Virus record (IMG/VR): IMGVR_UViG_3300035676_000530
Coordinates: 1 to 25,736 of that record
Source of the DNA: a virus
Lineage: Duplodnaviria > Caudoviricetes
Length of the DNA: 25,736 bases
Direction: 5' to 3' (one strand)
Shown: positions 14,461-22,254 of the stretch, one piece after another
How the letters are laid out: each line of letters begins with the position of its first letter
How positions within the stretch are numbered: position 1 is the stretch's first letter
Translations under genes and position numbers: made by a program
Notes under the pieces: model-generated
Told to the model about the DNA's origin: nothing
The model's database searches: none
Seen by the model: only the letters and a program-made list of their open reading frames with translations

Positions 14461-14636
14461 CAGCTTTTCTTGGCAAACTTTTGTAAAAATTGTCTAACTA
14501 CATTAATAACCAGCTGTAGCGTAGAGTTAGCTTTTAATTTTTCGTTAGCTGCAATATATTGTTCAAATACCAGCCAGAGAGCTAACAGCCATGTGCCATT
14601 AGCATTTAAAAAGGCAATTAGTGCACCGAGAGACAT
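14460..14636 (-). CDS. 58-aa membrane protein, possible holin (not in ORF track)
   Basis: MSLGALIAFLNANGTWLLALWLVFEQYIAANEKLKANSTLQLVINVVRQFLQKFAKKS. TGATG overlap with the next gene. GGGTAAAA 25 nt upstream. Confidence 0.65.
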   Translation of the reverse strand: MSLGALIAFLNANGTWLLALWLVFEQYIAANEKLKANSTLQLVINVVRQFLQKFAKKS

Positions 14637-14652
14637 AGTTTTATCTCAAAAA

Positions 14653-14862
14653 CTATTTCTTTTTACCCTCGATCTCGTTCACATAATCTTTTAATTGCAC
14701 TACTTGGTCAGCTAATTTGGTCATAATTAAGAGAGCTTCTGATAGAAATTCTTCAAGTTCCGCTCTGCTTAATTCGTGCAACCGTTTCTTAACTGACAGT
14801 ACCTTAAATTCTTTTTCTAGAGAAAGGGGTTGTACTTGAAAGGAATCATTCTCCGAAGCCAT
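14653..14862 (-). CDS. nblA: NblA-like phycobilisome degradation protein
   Basis: PLSLEKEF...LHELSRAELEEFL..M matches the NblA LSLEQQF...MSxxQAxxFL pattern and size. Confidence 0.7.
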   Translation of the reverse strand: MASENDSFQVQPLSLEKEFKVLSVKKRLHELSRAELEEFLSEALLIMTKLADQVVQLKDYVNEIEGKKK

Positions 14863-15517
14863 GCGCTATTCCCTGTAGTTCAAAAAACTTTTCTGCAGCC
14901 CATTCTTTTTCCTCTTCACTAATTTCCGCTCCTTCAATATAACTAATTAACATTTTCATCTCAGGGTCAGACAAAGAACGAATTTCGTCTAACAACTCTG
15001 GTGAAAGTAATGCAGCTTTGTGTTCTTCGAAATTGTATACAAATTCAGGTGTTACCCAATCTTCAGGAGCACTGTCGTAAGAGACATGGTAATTATTAAC
15101 CGACAGATCACAATTTAAAACTTTTGTTTCGTCCAAATTTAAAATGTCGGCTATTTCTTTGTAGGACTTACCTTGTGCTACAAGGTCATTAACTTTATTT
15201 TTGTAGTTTGCTACCCAACGTGGAGTTCTCACCATACGCGAATAATCACGCAAAGCGTGTTGAATATAGCCTCTCGCTGTGTTCCAAGCGTAAGTGCTAT
15301 ACTTTACATTCATATCCGATCGATACCGTGTGGCTGCAACGCACAAAGCAAAGTTGGCTATGGATTCTAAGTCTTCCCTTGTTAAAGATCCCGTATGACC
15401 TCCTGTCAAGCACTTGGCACCATGTGCTAACCTGCCTGATATCCACCCGTGTTCCGCAACTAATTTCTGTTGTTCAGGGGTAAGAGACGGGTATTTTTTG
15501 TGACGGCGCCTTGTCAT
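14846..15517 (-). CDS. RNA polymerase sigma factor, SigB/F/G-like
   Basis: EDLESIA, KYSTYAWNTARGYIQHALRDYSRMVRTPR and a helix-turn-helix SYKEIADILNL. Start reassigned to ATG 15517. Confidence 0.85.
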   Translation of the reverse strand: MTRRRHKKYPSLTPEQQKLVAEHGWISGRLAHGAKCLTGGHTGSLTREDLESIANFALCVAATRYRSDMNVKYSTYAWNTARGYIQHALRDYSRMVRTPRWVANYKNKVNDLVAQGKSYKEIADILNLDETKVLNCDLSVNNYHVSYDSAPEDWVTPEFVYNFEEHKAALLSPELLDEIRSLSDPEMKMLISYIEGAEISEEEKEWAAEKFFELQGIAHGFGE

Positions 15518-15518
15518 T

Positions 15519-17426
15519 TTAGGCTTCACAGGAGAGACAATCTGCATATGTAGTAGTATTTGTAGTGGCTTTTGAATTTACGTAATCCGTGTATCCTCCT
15601 ATATGTCGCCCGTGAATCCAGAGTTGTGGTACTGTTTTCCACTCTTCGTTCCACAGACCTGCTTCTTGAGCTTTTTCTTTGCTTAATTCAACGTAATCAA
15701 TTCCTTCGCTCTTTAAGAGTTCTTTTAACCGAGTGCACCAAGGACATTCAGGTTTGGTTACGATTTGTGCTAAAGTAGGAGTTTTCTTTTTTGTTAACAG
15801 AGAACTTGATTTCAAGTAATAGAGTGATTTCAGACCCATCTTCCAAGCGGATAAGTGCAAACGCATAATATATGCAGGGTCAGACTCAGGGTCTACAAAT
15901 AAGTTTAGTGATTGCCCTTGACAAATAAACTTTTGTCGATCTGCAGCTTGTTTGATTAACTCAAATTGATCAATCTCTCTTGCTGTTTTGAAAATTTCTT
16001 TTTCCGTAACAGAGAGACAATCTAAGTCTTGCACACTACCTTTTGATTCTAATATTTTTTCCCAGATAGAAGGGTCAACTCCTCTGTCACAAAAGAGTTT
16101 TTCTAATACAGGGTTTTTTCGAACGTAGGTTCCTTTGGCTTGTTTTGCGACGAAATAATTTGAGTCGATGGGCTCAATCCCTTGACTAAATGCTCCACTA
16201 ATGACTGCATTAGTCCGAGTAGGAGCAACAGCGAGAAGATGACTATGGCGCATACCAGAGCCCACACACCATTCGGGCTCCCCAAACTTTTGGGCCAATT
16301 CTCGTGAGGCAACTTCTGCTCTTTCTCTGATCCATTGATGCGTTTCGATGTTGAGTTCGCGAGCGCCTGGCGAGCTGAAAGGTAATCCACGTTTTTGATA
16401 AAGAGTATGAAGACCCATGGTGCCCAAACCTAGGGCACGAGATTTTTCGGCAAAGCGAACTGAACGTCCGAGACCAACTTTGTCTTTTGCTTTACGAATG
16501 AATTCCGAAACGACCGCATCAAGGAGATGGACCGCGAGTTCGGGGACTGTACGTCCTGAAGTAGCAGATTTCCACCCACTAAAGTCGTCATACCGACTAA
16601 GATTGAGACTGCTGAGGACACAGACGAACGAATGATGCTCATCGGTATGAAGAAAAATTTCAGAACAAAGATTAGAAGTTTTGACGGAAAGACCACGCTC
16701 TGTGTAGCATTCCGGGTTTTGACGATTAGCGTTGTCGATGAAGATTAAATAAGGTGAACCCGAGATCATCCGTGTTTTCAGAACTTCACCAAATAGTTCT
16801 TGTTTCTGATGATCCCCAGCTACCATAGACTCAACCCATTCATCTGTAATTGTCAAGGCTACGTTTGAATCCACAAACTTGCGCGGATCCCCCTTACTAT
16901 GATCTTTAGCACGTAGCAACTCCGGGACATCAGGGTGGTCGATCGGTAAATAGATAGCGAAGGATCCTCGTCGAACTCCGCCCTGTGATACGACACGAGC
17001 GGCCAAATCGTACTGTTGAGCCCAGGGAACAACTCCCGTCGATTTACCGCCACCTGAGATAGGAGCGCCCGCAGGGCGAACATCGCCAAAATAAACGCCA
17101 ACACCACCACCGTTTTTACTCAGTTGTGCAACTTCTTTAAGATGCGAATAAATGCTGCTAACACTATCGCTGAGGTGAACAGAATAACAGGAAATAGGAA
17201 GTGCGCGGGAAGTCCCGAAGTTAGCAGCAACGGGAGAAGCGAGACCAATCCACCCGTTCCAAAGGCAAGTAAAGAGATCGTCGAATAGTGTAGGGTCTTC
17301 ATTTATTTGCGCTGCAGCTTTGGCAACTCGTTCAAACATTGCCCGAGGAGTTTCCCCCGGAAGCAGATAACCTGCTGATAATGTGTGCATGCCCTCCTCA
17401 GAGAGCCATTCAGGAGCGATGGTCAT
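15519..17426 (-). CDS. nrdA: class I ribonucleotide reductase alpha subunit with inserted glutaredoxin domain
   Basis: PISC, SNLCSEI, VCVLSSLNL, APT and LKSLYY, then CPWC..TVPQ..HIGGY and terminal CLSCEA. No ATP cone. Confidence 0.96.
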   Translation of the reverse strand: MTIAPEWLSEEGMHTLSAGYLLPGETPRAMFERVAKAAAQINEDPTLFDDLFTCLWNGWIGLASPVAANFGTSRALPISCYSVHLSDSVSSIYSHLKEVAQLSKNGGGVGVYFGDVRPAGAPISGGGKSTGVVPWAQQYDLAARVVSQGGVRRGSFAIYLPIDHPDVPELLRAKDHSKGDPRKFVDSNVALTITDEWVESMVAGDHQKQELFGEVLKTRMISGSPYLIFIDNANRQNPECYTERGLSVKTSNLCSEIFLHTDEHHSFVCVLSSLNLSRYDDFSGWKSATSGRTVPELAVHLLDAVVSEFIRKAKDKVGLGRSVRFAEKSRALGLGTMGLHTLYQKRGLPFSSPGARELNIETHQWIRERAEVASRELAQKFGEPEWCVGSGMRHSHLLAVAPTRTNAVISGAFSQGIEPIDSNYFVAKQAKGTYVRKNPVLEKLFCDRGVDPSIWEKILESKGSVQDLDCLSVTEKEIFKTAREIDQFELIKQAADRQKFICQGQSLNLFVDPESDPAYIMRLHLSAWKMGLKSLYYLKSSSLLTKKKTPTLAQIVTKPECPWCTRLKELLKSEGIDYVELSKEKAQEAGLWNEEWKTVPQLWIHGRHIGGYTDYVNSKATTNTTTYADCLSCEA

Positions 17427-18400
17427 ACGAGAATCAAATCAAGAGTTTTTAAATTGACGCCCATAAAATCTTGGGTCGGTTTTGAAATATAATTTGCACC
17501 ATCTGCTTTCTGAGCAAAGAAGTCAGTGCTGGTGGCTCCAGCCATCAAAGGGTGGAACCATTCTTTGATACGGTTTGCAGAAGGTTCATCGTATTTGAAA
17601 ACTTTTTGCACACCCAGACGCGCCAATCGGTCGTTAGCCCGATAAAGAATATATTCTCGAACATCATTTTTGTGAATGGTGCTCAGGGTACGACCCTCAA
17701 AGATTTTCTCTAGGAAAGCAAACTCATTTGCGATCACTGCATCGAATCCTTCTACTATACCTCTTGTTTCTTCTAGTGACAAAGGATCCTCGGCGATTAA
17801 TTCTCTGAAAAGTTTAATACCCGTGTCAGAATGCTGCTGTTCGTCTAACGCACTCCAAGAAATAATTTGAGCAATTCCTTTAAATCTTCCGGTAAGATTG
17901 AGGGAAAGCAAAACAGCAAAGGAACTAAAGAGAGAAACACCTTCCCCCGCGCCGCTAAACACAGCCAAAGACTCTTTAATACCACGATTTTCAAGGAAGT
18001 AACCAATCTTCTGTTGAGCGACAGGATCTCCTAAAAACGCTTCGAACTCATCTAAGCCAAGCGTGTCCGAAAGCAAATTGTATGCTTCCGCGTGTACAAT
18101 TTCCGACAGGGAGAAAGCACGAGATACCGCCGCAATTTCATGTTTAGGGAACCAAGTAGGTATGTTCGCCCAATAATCGCTTACATGACATTCCAGTTGA
18201 GTGAATCCTCTCAAAATGCCACCAATAATTTCTTGCTCCTCGGAGGGAGAACTTTGCCAATCTCGAATGTCGCTCTCAAAAGAAACCTCTTGAGGGCGCC
18301 ACACGGATGATAATGCTTTTTGATAAGCTTCGAAAAATTGAGGGAACTCAAACTCCCCGTTAACTTTATACGGCTGACGGTACTCTCGGATACTTGTCAT
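17423..18400 (-). CDS. nrdB: class I ribonucleotide reductase beta subunit
   Basis: Ligand motifs LECHVSDYW, EIVHAEAY (radical Tyr), EGVSLF and DEQQH. Confidence 0.96.
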   Translation of the reverse strand: MTSIREYRQPYKVNGEFEFPQFFEAYQKALSSVWRPQEVSFESDIRDWQSSPSEEQEIIGGILRGFTQLECHVSDYWANIPTWFPKHEIAAVSRAFSLSEIVHAEAYNLLSDTLGLDEFEAFLGDPVAQQKIGYFLENRGIKESLAVFSGAGEGVSLFSSFAVLLSLNLTGRFKGIAQIISWSALDEQQHSDTGIKLFRELIAEDPLSLEETRGIVEGFDAVIANEFAFLEKIFEGRTLSTIHKNDVREYILYRANDRLARLGVQKVFKYDEPSANRIKEWFHPLMAGATSTDFFAQKADGANYISKPTQDFMGVNLKTLDLILV

Positions 18401-18965
18401 TTTTGCGCTTTATACGTTTTGCTTCTCGCTCGGCGAGATATTGGTTACGCACAGGTTCGTGCTTTGTTTCATCCCACCAACTGGGTTTTTCGCTAAAGTT
18501 CCAGACTGCGTAACCTTTGTACCCGTTAATATAGTTGCGATACGCTTGTACGGGGTCACCAGGTACTTTGAATTCATCAGGCATTGCTTGGACAAACTCG
18601 GTGTGGTCAAACGAGTCTACCTCAGGGTAATGCCACTTAATAAGGTCTTCGAGCTGGGATAAGGCATAGTTTACACCGTGTTGTTTATGGTAACGAGCGG
18701 TGTATTCCTCTGACATTGCCTGAGCGTGTTCCCACAACCAGAGAACATTTGCGGGACTTTCGTAGAGCCATTTTGCACAAGGATGATGAGCAAATCCTTT
18801 TGTGCCGTAATTGGTCCCGTCGGGTTTCTCTATGTAAACGTTATGGACGTTAAACGCCCACGGAGTCAGCAACTGAACGCTTTCCGTAGGCATTTTGACA
18901 ACAAGCTTGTCAGGTAGATCGCATGCAGCGATAAGTGGGTTGTTGTTTACAGCGAAGATGTTCAT
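18366..18965 (-). CDS. pyrimidine dimer DNA glycosylase / DenV-related protein
   Basis: MNIF..DKLVVKMPTESVQLL, HHPCAKW, EYTARYHKQH, FVQAMPD and AYRNY. Confidence 0.75.
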   Translation of the reverse strand: MNIFAVNNNPLIAACDLPDKLVVKMPTESVQLLTPWAFNVHNVYIEKPDGTNYGTKGFAHHPCAKWLYESPANVLWLWEHAQAMSEEYTARYHKQHGVNYALSQLEDLIKWHYPEVDSFDHTEFVQAMPDEFKVPGDPVQAYRNYINGYKGYAVWNFSEKPSWWDETKHEPVRNQYLAEREAKRIKRKNDKYPRVPSAV

Positions 18966-18986
18966 GTGGTTTGAACAGATAAGTTT

Positions 18987-19013
18987 AATATACGATTAAG
19001 ACTTTGGAGTAAA
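18987..19013 (-). promoter_or_regulatory. putative promoter, 15-bp spacer class
   Basis: TTTACT-15-TATATT. Confidence 0.5.
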
Positions 19014-19014
19014 C

Positions 19015-19218
19015 TTAAGATTCCATTTGTGCGTATTTTTGCATACGCTCATTCTCTTTCTGGACCATTTCCAGATATCCACGTTGTAGTTCCTGGATTT
19101 TCTCTTGTTGTATTCTCTCGGCTCGTTTCGCCATAGTTCCGATCACCCAGAACATCCCTAGATTCCCTAGAAATGTCCCCAGCGCCGAAGCTATACCAAT
19201 CCCTAGGATTAATCCCAT
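19015..19218 (-). CDS. small membrane-anchored coiled-coil protein
   Basis: Hydrophobic N-terminus and charged helical tail. Confidence 0.7.
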   Translation of the reverse strand: MGLILGIGIASALGTFLGNLGMFWVIGTMAKRAERIQQEKIQELQRGYLEMVQKENERMQKYAQMES

Positions 19219-19405
19219 AACGCCCTAAACTAAAATTGTTAACCATGCGAACATCGGAATTGGGTAATGTCCAACATTCACCATTTTCGTTTAAAAAGAC
19301 CACCCACAAAAGATCGTGCTCTTGTGAATAGTCGATTAAAAGATGAGCCCACCCTCGTCCTTTCGGAGTATCAAGAGGTAAGGGTGGATTCAACTGTATA
19401 ATCAT
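19049..19405 (-). CDS. conserved phage hypothetical protein
   Basis: QLNPPLPLDTPKG.GWAHLLIDYSQEHDLLWVVF..GECWT. The part beyond about residue 62 overlaps the next gene. Confidence 0.75.
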   Translation of the reverse strand: MIIQLNPPLPLDTPKGRGWAHLLIDYSQEHDLLWVVFLNENGECWTLPNSDVRMVNNFSLGRYGINPRDWYSFGAGDISRESRDVLGDRNYGETSRENTTRENPGTTTWISGNGPERE

Positions 19406-19548
19406 TTACCCTGACCGCGATAGCGCTTAAGTTTCCCACGGGTAGGGGTTGCGCCTAGGTGCGTATTCCTTGATTTGCCTTGACGAGTTTTCTTTGGTTT
19501 GGCTTCAATAATTACTTTGTTCGTCAAAGATTGTTTCAGTTTTGCCAT
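19402..19548 (-). CDS. 48-aa highly basic protein (not in ORF track)
   Basis: MAKLKQSLTNKVIIEAKPKKTRQGKSRNTHLGATPTRGKLKRYRGQGK. The KKTRQG/YRGQG motif is common in aquatic phages. Confidence 0.8.
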   Translation of the reverse strand: MAKLKQSLTNKVIIEAKPKKTRQGKSRNTHLGATPTRGKLKRYRGQGK

Positions 19549-19765
19549 GTTCTTCTAAAGTTTTGTTTACGTATTCAGTGAGCATGTTAACGAACTGCTC
19601 TTCGAAAACTTTGTGGTGAGTTTCGTCTTGATTCCAGAAAGAAAGCCATTCAGCGCATTCAGTGCCATCTGGAGCAAAGAGTTCAAATCCATGCTCCGTA
19701 TCTTCTACAACTAAGTCTGTAAGCGCTTCAGGCGAGGGCCACCACATGGGTAGAGACGTATTCAA
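19505..19765 (-). CDS. acidic hypothetical protein (start uncertain)
   Basis: ORF in the operon chain. Confidence 0.65.
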   Translation of the reverse strand: MNTSLPMWWPSPEALTDLVVEDTEHGFELFAPDGTECAEWLSFWNQDETHHKVFEEQFVNMLTEYVNKTLEEHGKTETIFDEQSNY

Positions 19766-20237
19766 GGACTTTCTCCGGGGTAGTTTCTGTGTAAGGGTCT
19801 TCAGGACAGTTATCCATACGACCAGGCTCTTCTACTAACCATTCGATGTTTCCATTGTCAACAACTGCAGCATAGCGCCAAGAACGATAAGCAAATCCGA
19901 GATTTTCTTTCTTGACTAGCATCCCCATTTCGTCTGTGAAATGACCATTCCCATCCGGAATCATTTTTACGTTGACGATGTTTTGATCTTTAGCCCAAGC
20001 GTTCATAACAAATCCGTCATTGACAGAAATGCAATAGATATCATCAATGCCAAGATCACGAAACTTCTGACAATCCAGTTCGAAACCCGGAAGTTGAAAA
20101 GTTGAGCAAGTCGGAGTAAAAGCTCCAGGCAATGAGAAAATAATTACCCGTTTGTTGCTGAAAAGTTCATCTGTGGTAACGTTGACGAACTCACCATCTT
20201 TTCGGAAGAGAAAAGTAACTGCAGGAACTTTTTTCAT
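19728..20237 (-). CDS. peroxiredoxin (Prx5/type II)
   Basis: FSLPGAFTPTCS, SVNDGFVMNAW and RSWRYA. Confidence 0.95.
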   Translation of the reverse strand: MKKVPAVTFLFRKDGEFVNVTTDELFSNKRVIIFSLPGAFTPTCSTFQLPGFELDCQKFRDLGIDDIYCISVNDGFVMNAWAKDQNIVNVKMIPDGNGHFTDEMGMLVKKENLGFAYRSWRYAAVVDNGNIEWLVEEPGRMDNCPEDPYTETTPEKVLEYVSTHVVALA

Positions 20238-20271
20238 TTTAATGTTTAATTGGTAGTTGATTGAATGAAAA

Positions 20272-20472
20272 TCACCAAATGCCAGGAATCAGTTGACCCG
20301 TGGTGGCGTAAGCTCCGATTGCTGCCATTACGCCAAGCATAGCTAGACGACCATTCAGCATCTCTGCCTTTTCGTTGTGAGTGACACTATAATCTTTGTT
20401 AGGATCGACGTACATCTTCGGCTCTTTGGCCCACATGTTTTGTTGACCTTTCTCGTTAGTAGTGACTGTCAT
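20272..20472 (-). CDS. hli: high-light-inducible protein
   Basis: AEMLNGRLAMLG and TGQLIPGIW. Confidence 0.95.
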   Translation of the reverse strand: MTVTTNEKGQQNMWAKEPKMYVDPNKDYSVTHNEKAEMLNGRLAMLGVMAAIGAYATTGQLIPGIW

Positions 20473-20495
20473 TATTATAGAGAGTAGACTGATTT

Positions 20496-20522
20496 AATAT
20501 AGTCTCCGTAACTTTTCGTAAA
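20496..20522 (-). promoter_or_regulatory. hli promoter (15-bp class) with HLR1-like direct repeat
   Basis: TTTACG-15-TATATT. Repeat TTTACGAA-AA-GTTACGGA. Confidence 0.55.
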
Positions 20523-20654
20523 CTATTTCTTTTTCTTCTTTTCTTCTTTGCGTTTTTTCTTCTCTTCTAACCACTTGCCAAAAAATGTTAAATCTGCCCA
20601 ACTCCATTGATCTGGATGCTTAATTGCTTCTTTCACTATCTTTTTCGTTTTCAT
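20523..20654 (-). CDS. 43-aa Lys-rich protein (not in ORF track)
   Basis: MKTKKIVKEAIKHPDQWSWADLTFFGKWLEEKKKRKEEKKKKK. ATGA overlap with speD. Confidence 0.7.
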   Translation of the reverse strand: MKTKKIVKEAIKHPDQWSWADLTFFGKWLEEKKKRKEEKKKKK

Positions 20655-21001
20655 CGATTAAACTCCTGAATTGAAACTTCAATTGGTTTAAAATGCTCGA
20701 TCAAAACTTGCATCCCTTTCATGGAGTTCATGTCTCCACACGTATATACGTCTATCGCACACGAACCTTTTTCGGGGAATGTATGAATCGATATATGCGA
20801 CTCAGCGAGAGCATACACCATCGTAACGCCTTGTGGATGAAACTGATGAGAGAATCGATTAAGGACGGTGGCCCCACATACATCGACCGCTTCCTCGAAA
20901 GCGGTTTTGATTCCATTAAGATCATCCAGCAAACCGAATGTAATGCCATAAAGACTGACTAAAACATGGTGTCCCAATTCATAAATACCTCGTTTATTCA
21001 A
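20651..21001 (-). CDS. speD: S-adenosylmethionine decarboxylase proenzyme
   Basis: HQFHPQGVT, LAESHISIHTFPE (E|S self-cleavage) and DVYTCG. Confidence 0.93.
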   Translation of the reverse strand: MNKRGIYELGHHVLVSLYGITFGLLDDLNGIKTAFEEAVDVCGATVLNRFSHQFHPQGVTMVYALAESHISIHTFPEKGSCAIDVYTCGDMNSMKGMQVLIEHFKPIEVSIQEFNR

Positions 21002-21362
21002 CAGTGGGCTCTATTGTTTCTTTAATTTTGTCTCTCAGTTCCGAAATAGTTGCCGCTCCAATTATATGACCTTGATACATACCTTGTTTAGATAAAAAGA
21101 CATACACAGGCAGATCAATCGTATAGTCAGGATTGAGAGCGTATTTCTCAAGGCATTGATAAATTCGATGCAAAGTTAAAGGTCTTGCTGAATCACCAGG
21201 ATTGATTACATCGTCAAGTAAAACTTCCTGATACCCTATTTCTGGAAAGCTCTCGAAAGTTGAACGATCATGTCTAGACATATGTTTACATATGTCACAG
21301 TTCTCATCGTACACTTTCGTGACAATCAAGGTTTTACCCGCAGTAGACATAATATTACGCAA
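20994..21362 (-). CDS. thioredoxin-fold protein
   Basis: CDIC motif and cis-Pro-like LPVYVF. Confidence 0.65.
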   Translation of the reverse strand: MRNIMSTAGKTLIVTKVYDENCDICKHMSRHDRSTFESFPEIGYQEVLLDDVINPGDSARPLTLHRIYQCLEKYALNPDYTIDLPVYVFLSKQGMYQGHIIGAATISELRDKIKETIEPTVE

Positions 21363-21957
21363 TCAGAGAATGGAGTTCAGGGTGCTTTTCGCGGATAATT
21401 TTCGTAAAACGAGCAATATGAGAATTAATAGCCTGTTTGGTCATGCCGTGTTTTTTCGCCACTTCCCCTTGTCGGAGAGCTTCTCGACCGAGCAGCCCGT
21501 ACCTGTCACAAACGATTTGAGCGCGTTTGCTGTTGACAGAGCCACATCCTGCTACAACGATGTCATAAGCGAAATCTGGGGTGTATTCTTCTTTCACTTC
21601 AAATCGATCGGGATCTTCCAAATTCTTCGCCCAATCACTTTGCTCAAGAGACAGAGGATATTTCGGAGCCCGGTTGTCTTTTCGTGCCACTCCTTGCACT
21701 GCTCCCCGAACTTGTGGATAAATCCAAGTCATGGGTTTGACGTTTTGCGACAGGTCGAAAGTTTCGATCGCTTTTACGATACCCAACAAACCTTCCTGCA
21801 CCAAATCTTCCCTACTATGAGAGGGCGACATCCAGCAATACTTGTTTACAATTTTATGAACAAGAGGTGTGTATTGTTTAACTACAGCAGTAATGGCTTT
21901 GGCATCACCTTTGACAGCAGCGTAAAACAAGTCTTGAGTGGTCATGAGTTCATTCAA
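21355..21957 (-). CDS. RNA polymerase sigma-70 family factor (regions 2 and 4)
   Basis: EDLVQEGLLGIVKAIETFD and RYGL..QGEVAKKHGMTKQAI. Confidence 0.9.
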   Translation of the reverse strand: MNELMTTQDLFYAAVKGDAKAITAVVKQYTPLVHKIVNKYCWMSPSHSREDLVQEGLLGIVKAIETFDLSQNVKPMTWIYPQVRGAVQGVARKDNRAPKYPLSLEQSDWAKNLEDPDRFEVKEEYTPDFAYDIVVAGCGSVNSKRAQIVCDRYGLLGREALRQGEVAKKHGMTKQAINSHIARFTKIIREKHPELHSLIA

Positions 21958-21965
21958 CTCCTACT

Positions 21966-22030
21966 AGTATACGACATTTAGACAGAGGTGTAAAGTTCGG
22001 GTAACCGAACGTTTTTTCGGCAACCCGAAC
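21966..22030 (-). promoter_or_regulatory. sigma gene promoter with two CGG-N4-CCG boxes
   Basis: TTTACA-17-TATACT. GTTCGG-GTAA-CCGAAC (21995-22010) and TTCGG-CAAC-CCGAA (22016-22029). Confidence 0.7.
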
Positions 22031-22254
22031 TATATTCCATCTAGTCCTTGCTCTAGTATTTTTATTCTTTCTTCCCAACCGATTCCTCCCTCAGTTCCTT
22101 TTGCTGGATTTACGCATCCTTCAGCCTTTTCGGAAGATAGTCTCCGGCATACGAGAGCGTTAAGGTCGGCGTCTTTTCCTGATTTTCCTGTTGCCCAGTA
22201 CAGTTGTCCGTCAACCCAGTGGGCTCCACAGACGGGGCAGTTTCTGTTAGACAT
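22030..22254 (-). CDS. small Cys-containing protein
   Basis: CPVCGAHWVDGQLYWATGK..LNALVC..CVNP. Confidence 0.7.
   Translation of the reverse strand: MSNRNCPVCGAHWVDGQLYWATGKSGKDADLNALVCRRLSSEKAEGCVNPAKGTEGGIGWEERIKILEQGLDGI

Noticed and set aside
21292-21981. 229-aa plus-strand ORF
   Set aside because: Antisense shadow of the sigma factor gene.
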